Positions 59,400 to 64,000 of a stretch of 64,000 nt of DNA are shown here, one piece after another. Every line of letters begins with the position of its first letter. Position 1 is the stretch's first letter. The notes under the pieces are model-generated. The model was not told where the DNA came from. It saw nothing but the letters and a program-made list of their open reading frames with translations, and did no database searches. A program made the position numbers and the translations under genes. The DNA comes from Heterodontus francisci. Lineage: Eukaryota. Location: the NCBI RefSeq assembly GCF_036365525.1, contig NC_090395.1, forward strand, positions 65,621,326-65,685,325, given 5' to 3'.

Positions 59400-59975
59400 A
59401 GATGGGGGTCAGACATCTGCAGCCTCCTATAGGAAGACCTGCTGCATGCCGGATCTGGTGGCCAAGCATCACCAGTGGCTGTGAAAGTGACCACCACTCT
59501 CAGCCTTTATTGGCTCAGGTTCCAGGGTACTATCAGTGACATATACAGGATCGTCCAGTCAGCTGCACACAAATTTATAAGGCAGGTGACTGATGGGCTG
59601 TTTGGCAGGGCTGGAAATGATCTCAACTTTGCCTCTGATAACCCCAGTGAGAATAGGCAGGTGCTCAGGTTTATGTTTCTGGCTGCTCGCCACTGGTGCA
59701 GAGTGTCGTCGACTGCACGCAAGTGACAGTCTATGTACCCCCAGAGCAACCAGGAGTATCCATCAACTGCAAGGACTTCCACTCCATCAACGTGCGGGTG
59801 GTGTGCCACCACAAGAAAAGGTACATGCAGGTATGTACCAGATTCTCAGGGAGCTGCCATGATGCTTTCATCCTGTGGCAGGCCAACTCCATGACCTCTT
59901 TGGACATGCAGGCAACCTGATGGGGATGGCTGCTAGGAGACAAAGGGTACCAGCTTTCAAACCCATGAGAACCCA
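59400..59975 (+). mobile_element. Harbinger transposase relic (different family)
   Basis: VAVKVTTTL, VVDCTQV, INCKDFHSINV..RFSGSCHDAFIL, WLLGDKGY. Confidence 0.8.
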
Positions 59976-60439
59976 ACCAATGAAGCCCAAGAGAGGGGGA
60001 TAGTGTCTGTTGCAGGTGGAGGGGGAATAGGGGAAGGTGCGGTGCTGCCATCCTGGGCCGCCAACCTTGGTTGGCACAGTTCTTACAAATATGTCCCACC
60101 CCCTTGTGTGGCACCCTGTCTGAGATCCAGAAGTTGTGAAAGGCCACCCCCTGGAACTCTACACTGAAATGGCCCTCCATGACCTCAATGCAGCTGCAGT
60201 CACTCACATTGCTGCTGGGATACTAGGAATTTCATATAGCTGTATTGTTCAGTTAGTGATAAACACTGGATCATTGTAACTACTACATCCACTGGGCCCT
60301 CTCATTCCCCACTGCCAATCCCACTGATACAAAGCAGACCTGTTACCAATCCACTGCTCATCACTGCAGCCCCTGCCCCGTTGGTCCCCGCAAGTGAAAA
60401 GCTGAGTTGCTCTGCAGGAACCAAAAATGGACAAGCGGG

Positions 60440-63400
60440 AAGTGGTGCCAGGTAATGGATTTTATGTGGTTCTACTATAAACTATAGAGCAGTTATAATA
60501 GAGTAGTTCTAGAAAATAATTACCCGAATACAGACTGGGTCAGTAATAGTTTGAAGGGCAAGGAGCTGGAAGAGTTTCTGAAGTGTATTCAAGAGACTTT
60601 TTTAGATCAGTATGTTTCCAGCCCAACGAGAAAGGAGACATTGCTGGATCTGGCTTGGGGGAATGAGAGATCAAGTGGGGAGCATCTAAAGCACATCAAT
60701 CATAGTATCATAATGCTTAGGTTAGTTATGAAAAAAAATCAGGAGCAATCCAGAGTAAAAATTATTAATGGGTGAGTGTTAGTTTTAATGGGGTGAGAAC
60801 GGATCTGGCCCAGATAAACTGGAGTTAAACATTGGCAGGCAACGTTGTAATGGAACAATGGGGTTGCTTTCAAAAAGGAGTTAGTTTAGGTACAGTCAAG
60901 GTACATTCCCATGAGGGGGAAAGGTAGGACGAACAAAGCCAGAGCTCTCTGGATGAGGAAAAAGGTGGAGAGTAAGATGATGCAGAAAAAGCATGCATAT
61001 GATAGATGCCAGGTTGATAATGCAAGTGAGAACCAGGCTGAATACAGAAACATTCTGAGGGGAAGTGGGAAAAGAAATAAGAGAAGCAAAGAGAGAGTAT
61101 GGGAAGAGGCTGGCAGCTAACATGAGAGAGCATCTGAAAATCTTTCACAGGCAGTTAAATAGTTAAAGTGTAGTAAACAGAGGAGTGGAGCAGATAGCAA
61201 CCAATAAGGAGGTTTATGCATGGAGGCAGAAGGCATGGCAGAGGTACGAAATGAATACTTTGCATCTGTCTTTACCTGAAAATCATAATGAAAGAGGAAA
61301 TAGTTGAGACACTGGATTGTCTAAAATTGATAAAGAGGAAGTATTAGAAAGGCTGCTGATAAGCCACCAGTACCAGATCAAATGCATCTGAGGAAACTGA
61401 GAGAAGTTAAGGTGGAAATTGCAGAGGCACTGGCCATAATCTTCCAATCCTCCTTAAATACAAGGGTGGTATCAGAGAACTGGAGAATTGCAAATGCTAC
61501 ACCATCTACAAGCATAAGTCAGGGGTGTGATGGAATACTCTCCACTTGCCTGGATGGTTGTGCTCCAACAACACTCAAGAAGCTCAACACCATCAGGACA
61601 AAGCAGCCCACATGATTGGCACCCCATTTACAAACATTCACTCCCTGCACCATCATCATACAGTGGCAGCAGTGTGTACCATCTACAAGATGCACTGCAG
61701 CAACTCACCATGAACGAATAAAAATAAATCCTTATTCAAAAAGAGAGTAAGGATAAGCCCAGCAACTACAGGCCGGTCAGCTTAACTTCAGTGGTGGGAA
61801 AGCTTTTAGAAACGATAATTCTGGATAAAATTAACAGTCACTTTGACAAATGTGGATTAATTAAGTAAAGCCAGCAGAAATTTAAAGGCAAATCATTACC
61901 ATCATTACCTAACTTTATTGATATTTTTGATGAGGTAACAGAGAATGTTGATGTAGTCTTCGTGGACTCCCAAAAGGCACTTGATAAAGTGCCACATAAC
62001 AGGCTTGTCAGCAAGGTTAAAGCCCACGGAATAAAAGGGACAGTGGCAGCATGGATATAAAGTTGGCTAAATGACATGAAATAGAGAATTGTGGTGAACA
62101 GTTATTTTTTGGACTGGAGGAAGGTATATATTCTGGGGCTCCCCAGGAATTGGTATCGAAACCACTATTTTTCATGATCCACATTAATGACTGGGACATG
62201 TGTGTGAAGAGCACAACTTCAAAAGTTTCAAATGACACAAAGCTTGGAAGTATAGTGAACGGTGAGGAGGACAAGGTGCTTAAGATCACAAGGCTATTTG
62301 GCATGCGGGCCGCCATTTTTTTAGCCAGGTTTGGCATGGGCACTTAAAACCCAGCGCAGAGTCTGTGGATGGAATCTATGTGATTGTGCACCTGTACTCA
62401 CCTTTCCTGACTGTTTAGGTCATTAATGTGTATCTGCACTGAACACAGGAACATGGTACAAGTCCCTGCTGCTGACCTCAAGCATGTTGAATTGATGCCA
62501 GCAGCAAGTGAAAGATGATCATGTGTATAATTATCACTTAAAACGTTCTTACTGCGACATTTGTAATTCATGTCTTTGCTCCCCCACAGGGCGTTCAAGA
62601 GTCCACAGGAGGTGCTCTAGGAAGACGAATCCCCAGAGGAGGTCACTCCCTCTGAGGGTGAACAGTCACAGCACTCACCCAGACCGTGCGTCAGCTCAGA
62701 TACAATTTGGTGAGACCATGGAATAAAATAGAGAGTGACAGCATGGATAAGAAATTGGTTAAGTGACAAAAAACAGAGTGAAATAAGGGGTTCTTTTTCA
62801 GACTGGAGGAAGGTATACAATGATGATCCTCAGCAGGCGGTACTAGAACCAATGCTTTTCTTGATCTATGTTAATGACTTAGACATGGGTAAAGAGCAAA
62901 ATTTCAAAATTTGCGAATGCCGCAAAACTTGGAGGTATACTGAACTGTGAGGAGGATAGTGATAAACTTCCAGTGGACGTAGAGAGGTTGGTGGAAGGAG
63001 CAAAACGTGGCAGATGAAATTTAATGCAGAGAAGTGCCAAGTGATACATTTGGTAGGAAGATCAAGGAGAGGCAATATAAAATAAAAGATACAATTCTAA
63101 AGGGATGCTGGAGCAGAGGGACCTTGGGTTAGATGTGCACAAATCATTGAAGGCGGGAGAGCAGTTAATAGAGGCATAAGGGATTGTTGGCTTTATAAAT
63201 AGAGGCATAGAGTACAAAAGCAAGGAATTTATAGTGAACCTTTATAAAACACTGGTTCAGCTGCAACTGGAATATTCTGTCTAATTCTAGGCACCACACT
63301 TTAGGAATTATTAGAGGAGGGTTCAGAAAAAAATTTATGAGAATGATTCCAGGGATAATGGATTTCAGTTACATGGTTAGATTGGCAAAGCTGGGGTTGT

Positions 63401-63480
63401 TCTCCTTAGAGAAGAGAAGGTTGAGTGAAAATTTGATAGAGGTGTTCAAAATCATGATGGATCTGGACAGAGGAGTCAGG
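60440..63480 (+). mobile_element. Decayed CR1 copies with nested fragments
   Basis: FLDQYVSSPTR, ENWRIAN, INDWD..SNDTKLG, LGLFSLEKRRL; inserts at ~61500-61725 and ~62270-62700. Confidence 0.75.
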
Positions 63481-63559
63481 GAGAAGCTCAACACTATCCA
63501 GGACAAAGCAGCCTGCTTGATTGGCACCTAATCCACCATCTTAAACAAGGTGATCCTTT

Positions 63560-64000
63560 ATACCAATGCTATAATGGAGAGATGAACTACAACAGGTAGT
63601 TTGATGGGAACAAGGTCAAGTAGGTTTTTCCCTTGTGTTGGTTCTCTCACCAATGTCCTCAGACCCAGTCAGGCAACTATGTCCTTCGGAATTCAACCAA
63701 CTCAGTTAGCAGTGGTGCTACCAAGCTACTTTAGGTGATGAACACTGAAGTTCCCTCGCTCAGAGTACTTTCAGTGTCCTTGTTACATTCAGTGATTCTT
63801 CCAAGTGGTGTTCAGCATGGAAGACTTCTGATTCCTTGATTGAGGGAGGGTGGTAGGTGACAATTAGCAGGATTCCTTTGCCCATGTTTGACTTGACACT
63901 TTGAGACTTCATGTGGTCCGCAGTGAATGTTGAGGACTCTTGGACCAGTTTCTCCTGAGTGGATACTCCTCTTCCGTCACCTCTGGTGGATCTGTCCTGC
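63560..64000 (-). mobile_element. Endonuclease fragment of the single-ORF LINE family
   Basis: Reverse complement resembles 38940-39350. Confidence 0.6.

Noticed and set aside
58722-64000. V or leader exon of gene C
   Set aside because: Not found; the region is Harbinger and LINE debris, so these exons presumably lie beyond the window.

Overview
This is a eukaryotic, repeat-dense window, most likely from a cartilaginous fish (inferred from HE1-type V-SINEs, Deu-type SINEs and shark-type CR1 LINEs). The host genes form a minus-strand cluster of Ig-superfamily immune receptors that pair a CD300/pIgR-type V domain with an FcR-like (FCRL/Allergin-1/PECAM-type) C2 domain. Gene C has five exons inside the window with canonical, phase-compatible splice sites: C2 58410-58721, stalk 54518-54623, TM 49523-49611, cytoplasmic 37254-37306 and a 3-ITIM exon 33779-34042. 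Its leader and V exons should lie beyond the right edge. Gene A/B has one leader exon (26519-26555) followed by tandemly duplicated [V-C2] cassettes: V 22811-23125 with C2 19316-19639, and V 9313-9626 with C2 5773-6096, plus a probable third cassette off the left edge. Both V exons are independently broken, while both C2 exons stay open. The rest is transposable elements. These include a full-length, ORF-intact CR1 (39820-45098) with seven ~161-bp 5' monomers that carry splice signals, a head-to-head RTE pair, two-gene Harbinger relics, solo LTRs, a foldback MITE at a ~1-kb inversion, a single-ORF LINE with a SINE-like head, and short retroelements with minimal hammerhead-ribozyme motifs. Coordinates of degenerate repeats are approximate and all alignments were done by eye.
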